NCBI GenBank assembly: GCA_048939015.1
Contig: JBHLPW010000001.1
Coordinates: forward strand, 1-64,000
Direction: 5' to 3'
Source: Promethearchaeota archaeon
Lineage (GTDB): Archaea; Asgardarchaeota; Lokiarchaeia; Sigyniarchaeales; SOKP01
DNA length: 64,000 nt
Every line of letters starts with the position of its first letter. The first letter of the stretch is position 1. Positions 29,384 through 39,181 of the stretch are shown piece by piece. The translations under genes were made by a program, and so were the position numbers. Below the pieces are notes generated by a model. The model searched no databases and was not told where the DNA came from. It saw only the letters and a list, made by a program, of their open reading frames with translations.

Positions 29384-30355
29384 ATGAGTTATAAAATCAT
29401 TGATTCTCTTTGTTATGTGCCTACTGAAGAGGTATTCATAGATCTTTTAGTATCCTTACCTCCCCAAATGGCAAGATACCTTAAGGATGTGTTTGGACCG
29501 AGAGTAGCTCCTCTTTTGGGTATTACATCAGAAGAACTCTATAAAATGAAATCAACACTTAGTACATCCGAACTCAAGAAGGCAATTAAACCACTTTTGC
29601 CCAAAATAAGGAAATTAACAATGTCTATTGAAGAATTTGTTGAAGAACTCAATAAAATGGGTGTAGAAAAGGCTGTAATTTTCAATTTAGACGAAGAGAC
29701 GCCCAGTGGTATTGCAGGACTTCCAAATGATTATTATGCAGAGATTGTGAGACAATTTCCCGATAAATTTATAGGAATCGCGGGGATTGATCCCTTGAAA
29801 AAAAAGAAGGCTATTCAAGAAATTAAAAGATCATTTGAGTTAGGTCTTAGAGGAATTGCGATTAGACCTTTTATGTTTCAAATAAGACCTACTGACAAAA
29901 AAATGTACCCAATTTATGATAAATGTGTGGAATTAGATATTCCAATATGGTTTCATATGTCTATAAATTACTCAACTAATACAATGGAGGTTGAACGTCC
30001 AATTTATCTTGATATTGTTGCTCAAGACTTTCCTGAATTAAAGATAATTGCTGGACATGGAGGATGGCCTTGGGTGAATGAATTAGTTGCTGTTGCGTGG
30101 CGGAATCCCAATATTTACATTGATATTGCTTCTTACCTTCCTAAATATATAGGCATGAAAGGAACAGGATGGGAACCCCTAATACATTATGGAAATACAG
30201 TGATTCAGGACCGTATCCTTTTTGGGTCAACTTGGCTTTTTATGGGCATGTCAGTAAAGCAACTTGCAGATGAAGTAATGAAATTGCCATTAAAAGAAGA
30301 AGTAAAAGAAAATTGGCTTTATAATAATGCTGCTCGTCTTTTTAGAATAAAATAG
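29384..30355 (+). CDS. Amidohydrolase family 2 protein
   Basis: PDKFIGIAGIDP, PIWFH, IIAGHGGWP, NIYIDIAS, DRILFGS, YNNAARLF. Confidence 0.88.
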   Translation: MSYKIIDSLCYVPTEEVFIDLLVSLPPQMARYLKDVFGPRVAPLLGITSEELYKMKSTLSTSELKKAIKPLLPKIRKLTMSIEEFVEELNKMGVEKAVIFNLDEETPSGIAGLPNDYYAEIVRQFPDKFIGIAGIDPLKKKKAIQEIKRSFELGLRGIAIRPFMFQIRPTDKKMYPIYDKCVELDIPIWFHMSINYSTNTMEVERPIYLDIVAQDFPELKIIAGHGGWPWVNELVAVAWRNPNIYIDIASYLPKYIGMKGTGWEPLIHYGNTVIQDRILFGSTWLFMGMSVKQLADEVMKLPLKEEVKENWLYNNAARLFRIK

Positions 30356-30367
30356 ATGATTAGGTAT

Positions 30368-30526
30368 TCATTTTTCTTTTTTATTGCACTCTGGACACAA
30401 GATTTCATCATAGTCTTCTAAATCACTTCTCCAAACATATATTATACCACATCCCCCACATAATTTGCATACCTTCATATCTCCTTTTGGATGCACAAAA
30501 TAACTCAGTATTTTATTCACCTCCAT
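30368..30526 (-). CDS. Small zinc-finger protein (..SYFVHPKGDMKVCKLCGGCGIIYVWRSDLEDYDEILCPECNKKEK); not in ORF track
   Basis: Translated by hand. CxxCxGxG and CPxC motifs. The SD GGAGGTGA at 30517-30524 suggests a CTG/ATA start near 30508-30511, although an in-frame ATG exists at 30526. Confidence 0.65.
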   Translation of the reverse strand: MEVNKILSYFVHPKGDMKVCKLCGGCGIIYVWRSDLEDYDEILCPECNKKEK

Positions 30527-30738
30527 TAAAGACGAATAAGATTTTTTTATTATAAATTCTTAAGTTTCAAATATTGTGAAACTCCATCTATATATTAATA
30601 AACTACCTATATAAATGTTTTCATATTTTTTGAAGCTTGAAAAAAATTTTTTTTGAATTCTAAATTTTAGTTTCACATAAAATTATATTGAAATAAAAGT
30701 CTAATAGTACTATAAAAACTCTATTCAATAACTTAATA

Positions 30739-31155
30739 ATGACTGATGAAATAAAAAAATGGCACGCTCCATGTGGAATTTATTGTAAGAGATGTCCTGG
30801 AGTAGGATCTTTTGGGTGTACTGGCTGTAGAGAGAAAAAGGGTCAAATTCTTAAATTTCCCATATGTAAAACTTATGAATGTGTTACAAAAAAAGGATAT
30901 AATTTTTGTTTTGAATGTAATGATTTTCCCTGTGAAATGCTTCAACCTATTGTTAATTTTGAAATTTTCACACCACATAATTCTAAAATCTATAATTCAA
31001 TTATGATTCATAAATTAGGATTGGATGAATGGAATAAAATCTGTGAAGAGAAAACTACACTCTATTACAATGGAAAAAAAATCCAGTATGGTGGTGATCC
31101 TCTCACATTAGAAGAAAAAGATCCAAATATGTACAAAAAGAAAACAAAAAACTAA
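30739..31155 (+). CDS. DUF3795-like Cys-rich metal-binding protein
   Basis: APCGIYCKRCP, CTGCR, CKTYEC, FCFECNDFPC pattern. Confidence 0.8.
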   Translation: MTDEIKKWHAPCGIYCKRCPGVGSFGCTGCREKKGQILKFPICKTYECVTKKGYNFCFECNDFPCEMLQPIVNFEIFTPHNSKIYNSIMIHKLGLDEWNKICEEKTTLYYNGKKIQYGGDPLTLEEKDPNMYKKKTKN

Positions 31156-31185
31156 GATTAACAGTTTTCTATTACTTGATTAAAT

Positions 31186-31344
31186 TTAATCTAACGATTC
31201 GATTACTCTAGCATAATCTTCTTTTTTAGCCTTCCTAATCGCTTGCGCTCCACACGTTTCACAAAATTCTACTTTAGTGTGCGCAAATTTACCACATTTA
31301 TCACATATAAAAGGAAATGATTTTTTATATAATTTTAAATCTAT
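31186..31344 (-). CDS. Small zinc-ribbon protein, 52 aa (MDLKLYKKSFPFICDKCGKFAHTKVEFCETCGAQAIRKAKKEDYARVIESLD), paralog of the adjacent gene; not in ORF track
   Basis: Translated by hand. Aligns along its full length with the N-terminal half of 31441..31755; SD GGTGA at 31351-31355; only ATA is available as start. Confidence 0.8.
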   Translation of the reverse strand: MDLKLYKKSFPFICDKCGKFAHTKVEFCETCGAQAIRKAKKEDYARVIESLD

Positions 31345-31440
31345 ATTTATTCACCTATTTTTTTATATAGATGAGACCTCTAAAAAAATAGAAATAAACT
31401 GATCCTAGAAAATATTATTTCAGATATTATATATTATCTT

Positions 31441-31755
31441 CTATTCATTTTTCTCTGCCTTTTCAGCTTTCTCTGTAGCTCTTTTCTCTGCTCTTTCAGC
31501 TTTCTCTGTAGCCCTTTTTTCTGCTCTTTCAGCTTTCTCTGTAGCTCTTTCCTCTGCTAAAACAGCCTTGTGTTCTGCTTTCTCTCCAGCTAAAACTGAT
31601 TTCTGTTTTGATTCATATTTAAGATAATCGTCTCTTGTTGGTTTCCTCATATTTTTTGAACCACATTTTTCACAGAAGTCTGCCTTTGTATGCATAAACT
31701 CTCCACAATCATCACAGATAAACTTATAGGTCTTTTTAAATCTTTTTATATCCAA
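31441..31755 (-). CDS. Zinc-ribbon protein with charged repetitive C-terminal helix
   Basis: FICDDCG...FCEKCGS; tail (AEKRATEKAER)n; SD GAGGTG places the start at TTG 31755. Confidence 0.8.
   Translation of the reverse strand: MDIKRFKKTYKFICDDCGEFMHTKADFCEKCGSKNMRKPTRDDYLKYESKQKSVLAGEKAEHKAVLAEERATEKAERAEKRATEKAERAEKRATEKAEKAEKNE
31449..31557 (-). repeat. 33-bp coding tandem repeat, about 3.3 copies
   Basis: ctctgtagc recurs at 31471, 31504 and 31537; encodes an 11-aa repeat. Confidence 0.9.
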
Positions 31756-31936
31756 ATTTGTACACCTCAATGCTTTAATTTTTTTCTAGATGTTATTGAC
31801 ATTTAGTTAACATTATTTAAATAATTATTTACTTTGTTTCAGATAACTTTTTTGAAGTGTTTTAGTCTATAATAAAATTTCATCTATATTTCCAAAAATA
31901 AAACTTTATAATTTCATACTTTAATAATAATTTATT

Positions 31937-32674
31937 ATGTATCAATTGAACATTGTGCAATTAAATCTCATTGGTGCAATCTTTGAAATTTTTATCATCA
32001 TATTTGCTGCAATACTATTGATCCTCATTACAAGAAAATATTTTATTAAACGCCATAAACTTACACGGTTACTATTAATAATTTTCATAGCCTATTTTAT
32101 AGCAATCTTCTTTTCTTGGTTATCAAAAATTTTTGTATTTTTAGGATTTACTGCCGTGCAAGACGGTTCTATAGGGGCTTGGTTATATAACATTATAACA
32201 GATTTTAGATTAAGCGAATTTTTTGTGACTATCGCAATCTTTTTGTCTTACATTTTGAAAGTAAATGTGTTCGAAAAGGGATATAATACAGTACAAAAAT
32301 ACGTAATTATTATTTACGGAGTATTTGCATGTGTGTATGTTTTATTTATTTATGTTTCGGGGAATACTCTATTAGACATATTGGCTTTTTTAATAGTTTT
32401 TATATATATGGTAATGGTCTATGGACCATTTCTAAGAAGATCTATTGAATCCTATAAAGCTGTTGAAGGGAAAGCATATAGACAAGCATTTTTATCATTA
32501 GCTATAATGTCAATTAGTTTTATGTTGATTTTTCTTAATTTTGCAATCGATAGACTACTAATCTTTTTAGGGAGTCCTGGTTTTACTGTGTTTTATTTTC
32601 TTGCATGGATTTTTGCATTAATTGGAATTTTTGGAGCATACTATGGATATATTCGACCGAAAGCTACTGAATAA
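31937..32674 (+). CDS. Stand-alone 7-TM membrane protein
   Basis: Seven hydrophobic segments by eye; no retinal-binding Lys in TM7; no soluble output domain. Confidence 0.75.
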   Translation: MYQLNIVQLNLIGAIFEIFIIIFAAILLILITRKYFIKRHKLTRLLLIIFIAYFIAIFFSWLSKIFVFLGFTAVQDGSIGAWLYNIITDFRLSEFFVTIAIFLSYILKVNVFEKGYNTVQKYVIIIYGVFACVYVLFIYVSGNTLLDILAFLIVFIYMVMVYGPFLRRSIESYKAVEGKAYRQAFLSLAIMSISFMLIFLNFAIDRLLIFLGSPGFTVFYFLAWIFALIGIFGAYYGYIRPKATE

Positions 32675-32764
32675 TTACCATCAATTTTTAAAACACTAAA
32701 CATTAAAGATTTTATATTTATTTTTTCTTTACTAGTTTTAGAGTAAAAAGGAAAATATCAAGCA

Positions 32765-33187
32765 GTGATTTCTGTGGAAAAGATAATACAAGATATTTGG
32801 ATATTAAACGATGCCGGAATTGTTTTATTCAGTCGAGTTTTTAATCCTAGAGTAGATGATCAGTTATTTGGAGGTCTTATGAGTGCTCTGAATACTTTTG
32901 CAGAAAATATCTCTGATGGAGGTCTATCTAGTTTCATCATCAAGGATGTGAAGTATATAATTATGAAACAATATGGATTACTATTTATTGTAAATTCTTC
33001 AAAAAAAACTAAAGAGAAGAAAGTCAATGAAGAATTGAAGAGTATCGTAAGTAAATTCTTCAAATTATATCCAAAAGATATGTTTGAAACTTGGAATAGT
33101 GATATAAGTGTTTTTGCTGATTTCGAAAAACATATTCAAAATAGTCTACAGGATACTATAGACAAATTTGAAAGAGCTTTTTGGTAA
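32765..33187 (+). CDS. Longin/sigma-adaptin-like (profilin-like fold) domain protein
   Basis: IQDIWILNDAGIVLFSRVF...QLFGGLMSALNTFA...YGLLFIV pattern typical of Asgard longin/roadblock-like domains. Confidence 0.7.
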   Translation: MISVEKIIQDIWILNDAGIVLFSRVFNPRVDDQLFGGLMSALNTFAENISDGGLSSFIIKDVKYIIMKQYGLLFIVNSSKKTKEKKVNEELKSIVSKFFKLYPKDMFETWNSDISVFADFEKHIQNSLQDTIDKFERAFW

Positions 33188-33191
33188 TACA

Positions 33192-33963
33192 TTAAAACCA
33201 GTAATCTATCGTTGTATTCTTTAAAGGAACTTTTTTCTTGGGTATACGGCGCTTCCATTTTTTCAGCCTTTTTTCAGGCAAGTAAGGATGTTGTACTAAA
33301 ACATATTCATCAAACCTTTCGTCGTCATTTATCATCACTAATACATTTCCAAAATGACTTAATATCTTTCCTCCTTTCGGTCTGAAAAGAGAGTGTTCAT
33401 GTAAAGGCGCTGTTATAATAATAAGAGGTTTTGTCTTCTGGAGTATTCGTTTAATTCCATCTATCATTTTTAGCAGTTCTTCGAACGTTTGCTTTTCATA
33501 GCCTTCAAACATGGTTGTTATCCCTGAGATTAAGACCACTTTCACATCTTCAAGCATGGAGAGCCTGTTCTCTAAAATTTCAACCATTTGGTCAAAAGTG
33601 AAAGATCTACTTATGAGGATATTTTCTAATACTTTTCGAGGAGACAAATTCTGCGAAACCGCAAATTTGCTTACATCATAAGGGTTGAACCTATTATTTC
33701 CATCGATGAAAGCGACTTTAATGCCCTCTCCAAATCCTCCATTATCAATCGGTTTTTGGGCAATAACTGCAGTTGTTAGCAAAATGTTTGTCGTTAATTT
33801 CTTATCTCCATAGAGTAAGTACACTAAATCACGATGAAAACCTCCAGAAAGCAACTCATCTAGTGTGTGATCCCCACTTGAAATGAGTGGCAAATGATTG
33901 TTTCTTTTCAACACCATAAATCCATCATCATAAGGGAGTAAAGATTCTTCGAAAGTCATCATA
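33192..33963 (-). CDS. Inactive RadA/Rad51-like protein, PolB2-associated type (arCOG04294-like); start approximate
   Basis: SGDHTLDELLSGG, degenerate Walker A LYGDKKLTT, AFIDGNNRFNPY, LENILISRSFTFDQM, PKGGKILSH. The track ORF runs to 34025, but the MMTFEE start near 33960 is more plausible. Confidence 0.8.
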
Positions 33964-34299
33964 TGATTTAAAGATTCTTCAAAATAAAACAGCCATACAC
34001 CGACAATTTTCTGAAATAGATGCAATTTCTATCTAGTTTAGACATAATGTTTCTGTTCTCCAGAAGAAAGGTTCTCTTAAAAGAAATACTATTTCAGGGA
34101 GACTGAGAGGGGAGATTAAAAGTAAAAATAAAATATAAAAAAGTCTTTAACATGCTTTATAGGCTTTAAAATTGAGAATCTATAATTGATCATATTAGGA
34201 AATTTGGAGGATAACTAAAATCAAACTTTATAATAAGTGTTACAAAATTATTTATTATCAATAATTTAATTATAAAAATCAAAAAAAAATTGTTATAAA

Positions 34300-36006
34300 A
34301 TGTCATATAAAGATAGGTTTTGGAAGTCTAAATGGGACTCTCATGTTGTAGATCTAGAACCTCAAGAGTTTGAAACCTCTTTTACTCAAGCAATAAGGAG
34401 AACCTTCGAAGAACTTCCTGAGAAATTAGCTTTTGGTTTTTATGGAACAGAAATTTCATATGGAGAATTGGATAAATTATCAAATGAATTTGCTCATATG
34501 CTAATTGAGAACGGAATGAAAAAAGGAGACGTTTTAGGAGTAAATGTAGCTAATATTCCTGAATATATTATTGGAGTTTTAGGTGCAATGAAGGCTGGAA
34601 TAATAGTTTCTGGAGTTTCACCACTACTCTCCGCGATTCAAATACAATATCAATTAAACGATTTGGGATCTGAGGGAAAGAAGGTTGCACTTCTTACTTT
34701 AGATGCAATATTTGCCGGGCATATCACTAAAATTTACACGCAACTTCCTTCGTTAAAATTAGTCATTACAACAAGTGTAGGGGGATTTATGCCGAAAATG
34801 CTTGCAAAACTAGGGAAAATGGTAGGAAAAATACCCAAAGGTAAGGTTACTCCACTAGAGGGAAAAATAGTTCTTGAATATCATAAAGATGTCAAAGGAA
34901 AGTATTCTGATGCGCTTCCAGATGTTAAAATTACTCCAGATGATATAATATTTATTCAATATACTGGAGGAACAACAGGACCACCTAAGGGAGCAAAACT
35001 AAGTCATAGGAATTTCGTTGCTGATATAAAAATCTTCCAACACTGGCTTAGTTGGGGATTCGGAGCCGGTTTTGCATTATCTGGATTTCCATTTTTCCAT
35101 ATAGCAGGATTATTCACATGTGCGAATGTAATAATGTTAGGTTGGAGTCAGATATTAATCCCAAATCCAAGAGATACTGACCATATGATAAAAGAAATGT
35201 TGAAATACAGACCAACCGTTTTAGCAAACGTACCTACATTGTACCAATTGATAATTAAAAACCCAAAGTTCAAGAAGATTGATAAAGATATGATTGACTA
35301 TGCAATCTCAGCGGCAGCTCCATTTCCAAAAGAATCTCAAGAAATTTTTGAAAGTGTTATTGGTAAGGGAAAAATAATAGAACTTTATGGAATGACTGAA
35401 ACCTCACCATTAACAGTAGGGAATCCATCAAGGGGAAAAAAGAAATTGGGACATATTGGCTTACCATTCCCTAATGTAGAATTTAAATTATTAGATCCCG
35501 AATCTGGAAATGAAGTACCTTTAGGAGAAGCTGGTGAAATCTGTGTAAAAGGTCCAATGGTTATGGTAGGTTACCATAATAAACCAGAAGAAACTAAAAA
35601 GGCTATTGATTCAGATGGCTTCATGCATACTGGAGATGTTGGAATAATGGATGAAGAAGGTTATGTAAGGATTGCTGATCGAACAAAAGATATGATAATT
35701 GTAGGAGGTTTTAAAGTATTCTCGGCAAAATTAGAAGATACTCTTACTAAACACCCTGCTATTGAAATGGTTGCTACTATTGGAGTTCCTAATCCCGATA
35801 GACCTGGATCTGAATTGGTAAAGGCTATTATCCAAATTGCTCCAGATTATGAGTATAATAATGAAGAATCATTAAAAGAAGAAATAATTGCATTTGCCAA
35901 AGAAAAATGCTCTCCTTATGAAGTCCCCAAAATCATAGAATTTACAGAAGAGCTCCCACTAACAGTGGTGGGAAAGGTAGACAAGAAATTATTAAGAAAT
36001 AAGTGA
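34300..36006 (+). CDS. fadD: Long-chain fatty acid--CoA ligase
   Basis: YTGGTTGPPKG, YGMTE, HTGDVG, DRTKD, PLTVVGK. Confidence 0.92.
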   Translation: MSYKDRFWKSKWDSHVVDLEPQEFETSFTQAIRRTFEELPEKLAFGFYGTEISYGELDKLSNEFAHMLIENGMKKGDVLGVNVANIPEYIIGVLGAMKAGIIVSGVSPLLSAIQIQYQLNDLGSEGKKVALLTLDAIFAGHITKIYTQLPSLKLVITTSVGGFMPKMLAKLGKMVGKIPKGKVTPLEGKIVLEYHKDVKGKYSDALPDVKITPDDIIFIQYTGGTTGPPKGAKLSHRNFVADIKIFQHWLSWGFGAGFALSGFPFFHIAGLFTCANVIMLGWSQILIPNPRDTDHMIKEMLKYRPTVLANVPTLYQLIIKNPKFKKIDKDMIDYAISAAAPFPKESQEIFESVIGKGKIIELYGMTETSPLTVGNPSRGKKKLGHIGLPFPNVEFKLLDPESGNEVPLGEAGEICVKGPMVMVGYHNKPEETKKAIDSDGFMHTGDVGIMDEEGYVRIADRTKDMIIVGGFKVFSAKLEDTLTKHPAIEMVATIGVPNPDRPGSELVKAIIQIAPDYEYNNEESLKEEIIAFAKEKCSPYEVPKIIEFTEELPLTVVGKVDKKLLRNK

Positions 36007-36071
36007 TTCTCTTCGATGAAATAAGGTTTAACTTTAAAGAAATTAAAGATTTTTATTTTCTTTCTATTTAT

Positions 36072-37172
36072 TTAATTTCTACTAGCTAAAATCTTTTTAT
36101 GTAAAATCTGAAAGTCCTTTTCTGGTATTTTATCCTTTAAACCTTCTCTTAATACAATTTTAATTGCATCATTTGGGCACTTTGAAACACAAACACCACA
36201 CCCTATACACCAATCATTATCGATTACTGCGATATTATCCTCTAAATTTATGGCATCTGCTGGACAAACCTCAATACAATTACCACAGCCAACACACTTA
36301 TCATTCAAAGTTTCCCGGATAAAATATGTAGCAATTATTTCATCCCGGGGGATCATTCTTCTTCTTATTCGCCCTAAATTCCAACAAGAGCATCCACAAC
36401 AATTGCAATTCTGTTGCACATTATCAATAGCATTATCTGTAAAATGAACTAATCCCGCTTCTGAAGCTTTTCGACTAATTTCTAATGCTTCTTCAACACT
36501 AACTTCTCGAGCAAAACCTTTATCAATAATATAGCGTGCTAAATCATTAAATTTCATACAAACTTCTAAGGGATGATCGCAACCTCTGCCTATTAATTTC
36601 ATAGATTGGCGACAGATACAGTGAGCTACTGCTATAACTCTCGCTTTTTTTATAATTTCTCTCATTACTTGATAAGGTAAGATTGCTTGAGTATTTGGTT
36701 CAATAGTTTCCTCTATGGGGATAAATCTGAAAGGAATAGGTTCAGTACTATAAGCTTCTTTTGTTACTTCTGTATTAAAATATTTGAGTACTTGTTTTGC
36801 CATTTCTCTTGATTGAGGAGTGTTTTCACCCTTCCAAAAAAATACTTGAGGAAAACCAAACGCTGATTGTTGGAGAGCATACATAAGTTGTCCATTATTT
36901 TTATCTATGTAAGAAAATACTAGACCTCTACTAGCTAGATTTTCAAGAATTTCTTTTAGATGATGAAAAGGGATCTCTATTGACTTAGATATTTCATTAA
37001 TGGAAATTCCTTGAAAAGGTATTTTTTTTGAAGGTATTGAAAGGAGGATGTTGGCTTCCTCTTCACTAAAATTAGACTTCAAAATAGCGAGTAAGTCTTC
37101 TCTTGGTGGTGTCATCATTCCCATTTGAGAAAAATGAATCATTAATTTTTCATAGATATCTAATATTGTCAT
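36072..37172 (-). CDS. Fe-S protein with C-terminal 2x[4Fe-4S] ferredoxin domain
   Basis: CICR...[27 protein letters not shown] and [12 protein letters not shown]; N-terminal wHTH-like region. ATG at 37172 preferred. Confidence 0.85.
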   Translation of the reverse strand: MTILDIYEKLMIHFSQMGMMTPPREDLLAILKSNFSEEEANILLSIPSKKIPFQGISINEISKSIEIPFHHLKEILENLASRGLVFSYIDKNNGQLMYALQQSAFGFPQVFFWKGENTPQSREMAKQVLKYFNTEVTKEAYSTEPIPFRFIPIEETIEPNTQAILPYQVMREIIKKARVIAVAHCICRQSMKLIGRGCDHPLEVCMKFNDLARYIIDKGFAREVSVEEALEISRKASEAGLVHFTDNAIDNVQQNCNCCGCSCWNLGRIRRRMIPRDEIIATYFIRETLNDKCVGCGNCIEVCPADAINLEDNIAVIDNDWCIGCGVCVSKCPNDAIKIVLREGLKDKIPEKDFQILHKKILASRN

Positions 37173-37363
37173 GATTAATCCCAACTATATTGTTTTAAGT
37201 TTAATTATTTGCTAAACTTCTATTTTTCTATTTTATCTTATACGTTTTTTATTGAGATCGAAAAAATAACATAATTATAATAAACTTTTTTAATAAAATG
37301 TAGCTTATTAAATATCACAATTCGATTTTGAATTGTACTTAATAACAAAAATGTGAAAAAAAA

Positions 37364-39079
37364 ATGTCAAATCCATACGAAAGTCGCTTTTGGATGAAAA
37401 ACTGGGATCCTGGAATGAAAGACATTCCTCCTGAAGAATTTGAAACTACCTATCCAGAAATGTTAAGACCAACATTTGAAAAATTTTCTGATAAAATGGC
37501 ACTTGCATATCAAGGATTAGAAATCAGCTTTGGTGAGGTTGATAAATATTCTAATCAATTTGCTAATATGTTGATTGAAAATGGATTTAAAAAAGGTGAT
37601 GTAGTTGGAATTAATCTAGCAAATATTCCCGAATACGTATATTCAGTTTTAGGCACACTTAAAGCGGGATGTATTGTTTCAGGCGTTAGTCCTCTTCTTT
37701 CTGATGTACAGATGCATTATCAATTGGATGATCTTGGAAAAGGTGGTAAAAAAGTAGCTTTAATCACTTTAGATGCTATTTTTCAACATAGATTGACTAA
37801 AATTGCGGATAAACTACCACAACTTAAAGTTGTAGTAGCAACAAGCGTAATTGGTTCATTCTCTAAAGAGGCACAAGCAAAAATTAAAGCTGTTCAAGAA
37901 ATCCCCTCAGGAGAAGTCACTCCTTTAGAGGGAAAAGTTGTCTATAATTTTCAGGATGACGTTTTGACAAAATTTTCTACTGATTTACCAAAAGTTGATA
38001 TATCTCCTGATGACCTTGGCTGGATTCAGTATACTGGTGGTACAACAGGTCCTCCGAAAGGCGCAATGTTAAGTCATAGAAACTATGTTTCAAATATGAA
38101 AGGGATTATTACCTGGCTTCAATGGGAACCGGGAAAAGGAGTATTACTATCAGGATTCCCTATGTTTCATATTGCTGGCTTAACAGTATGTCAAGGAGCT
38201 CTTTATAATGGAATGAGTCAAATTATTATTGCTAATCCGCGTGATGCACTCCATATTTGTAATGAAATGAAGAAATATAAACCAACAATGCTAGTAAATG
38301 TACCTTCCTTATATCAAATTTTAATCAATTTTCGCAAATTTAAAAGGTTAGATCATTCAAATTTAAGATTGTGCATCTCTGCAGCGGCTCCGTTCCCAAA
38401 AGAATCACAAGAGGCGTTAGAAAGCGTAGTAGGTGAAGGAAAACTATTAGAACTTTGGGGAATGACTGAACTTTCACCAGTTGCGAGTATGAATCCTTCT
38501 ATAGGTACGAAAAAATTAGGTACTGTAGGTTTACCGTTTCTAAATGTCGATTTAAAAATTGTTAATCCTGAAACGAATGAAGTAGTCTCAATAGGAGAAC
38601 CGGGAGAACTTTGTGTAAATGGTCCCTTAGTTATGCAAGGATACTATAATAAACCAGAAGAAACCGCAAAAGCCATAGATAAAGATGGTTACATGCATAC
38701 GGGGGATGTTGGAATTATGGATGAAGATGGTTACATTCGAATTGTCGATCGTACAAAAGATATGATAATAGTCGGGGGATTTAAAGTTTTTTCGGCAAAA
38801 GTTGAAGATACTCTGGCGAAACATCCAGCAATTGGGATGGTAGCATTAATTGGAGTCCCTAACCCTGATAGACCTGGATCCGAAATTGTAAAAGCATTCG
38901 TCCAAATCTCCCCAGACTATGAATTTGATGGAAATAAAGAAGCTTTAAAGGAAGATATAATAAGTTTTTCTAAAGATAACTTAGCCCCGTATGAAGTTCC
39001 CAAATTAATAGAATTTTCAGAAGAGCTTCCATTAACTGTCGTTGGAAAGATTGATAAGAAAATTTTAAGATCTAATTAA
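37364..39079 (+). CDS. fadD: Long-chain fatty acid--CoA ligase (paralog of 34300..36006)
   Basis: YTGGTTGPPKG, WGMTE, HTGDVG, DRTKD; collinear with the upstream paralog. Confidence 0.92.
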   Translation: MSNPYESRFWMKNWDPGMKDIPPEEFETTYPEMLRPTFEKFSDKMALAYQGLEISFGEVDKYSNQFANMLIENGFKKGDVVGINLANIPEYVYSVLGTLKAGCIVSGVSPLLSDVQMHYQLDDLGKGGKKVALITLDAIFQHRLTKIADKLPQLKVVVATSVIGSFSKEAQAKIKAVQEIPSGEVTPLEGKVVYNFQDDVLTKFSTDLPKVDISPDDLGWIQYTGGTTGPPKGAMLSHRNYVSNMKGIITWLQWEPGKGVLLSGFPMFHIAGLTVCQGALYNGMSQIIIANPRDALHICNEMKKYKPTMLVNVPSLYQILINFRKFKRLDHSNLRLCISAAAPFPKESQEALESVVGEGKLLELWGMTELSPVASMNPSIGTKKLGTVGLPFLNVDLKIVNPETNEVVSIGEPGELCVNGPLVMQGYYNKPEETAKAIDKDGYMHTGDVGIMDEDGYIRIVDRTKDMIIVGGFKVFSAKVEDTLAKHPAIGMVALIGVPNPDRPGSEIVKAFVQISPDYEFDGNKEALKEDIISFSKDNLAPYEVPKLIEFSEELPLTVVGKIDKKILRSN

Positions 39080-39181
39080 TAAAATTTATTTTTTTCTAAT
39101 TATTATTTATTTGTTTCTTACTTTTCTATTTTTAAGTTAATTAATTTAGGAAAGTTTTTTTTAAAGGGAAATCATTAATTT

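Noticed and set aside
31937-32674. Rhodopsin (schizorhodopsin or heliorhodopsin)
   Set aside because: No lysine within TM7 for the retinal Schiff base.
33192-34025. Functional RadA recombinase
   Set aside because: No GxxxxGKT Walker A and no N-terminal HhH domain.
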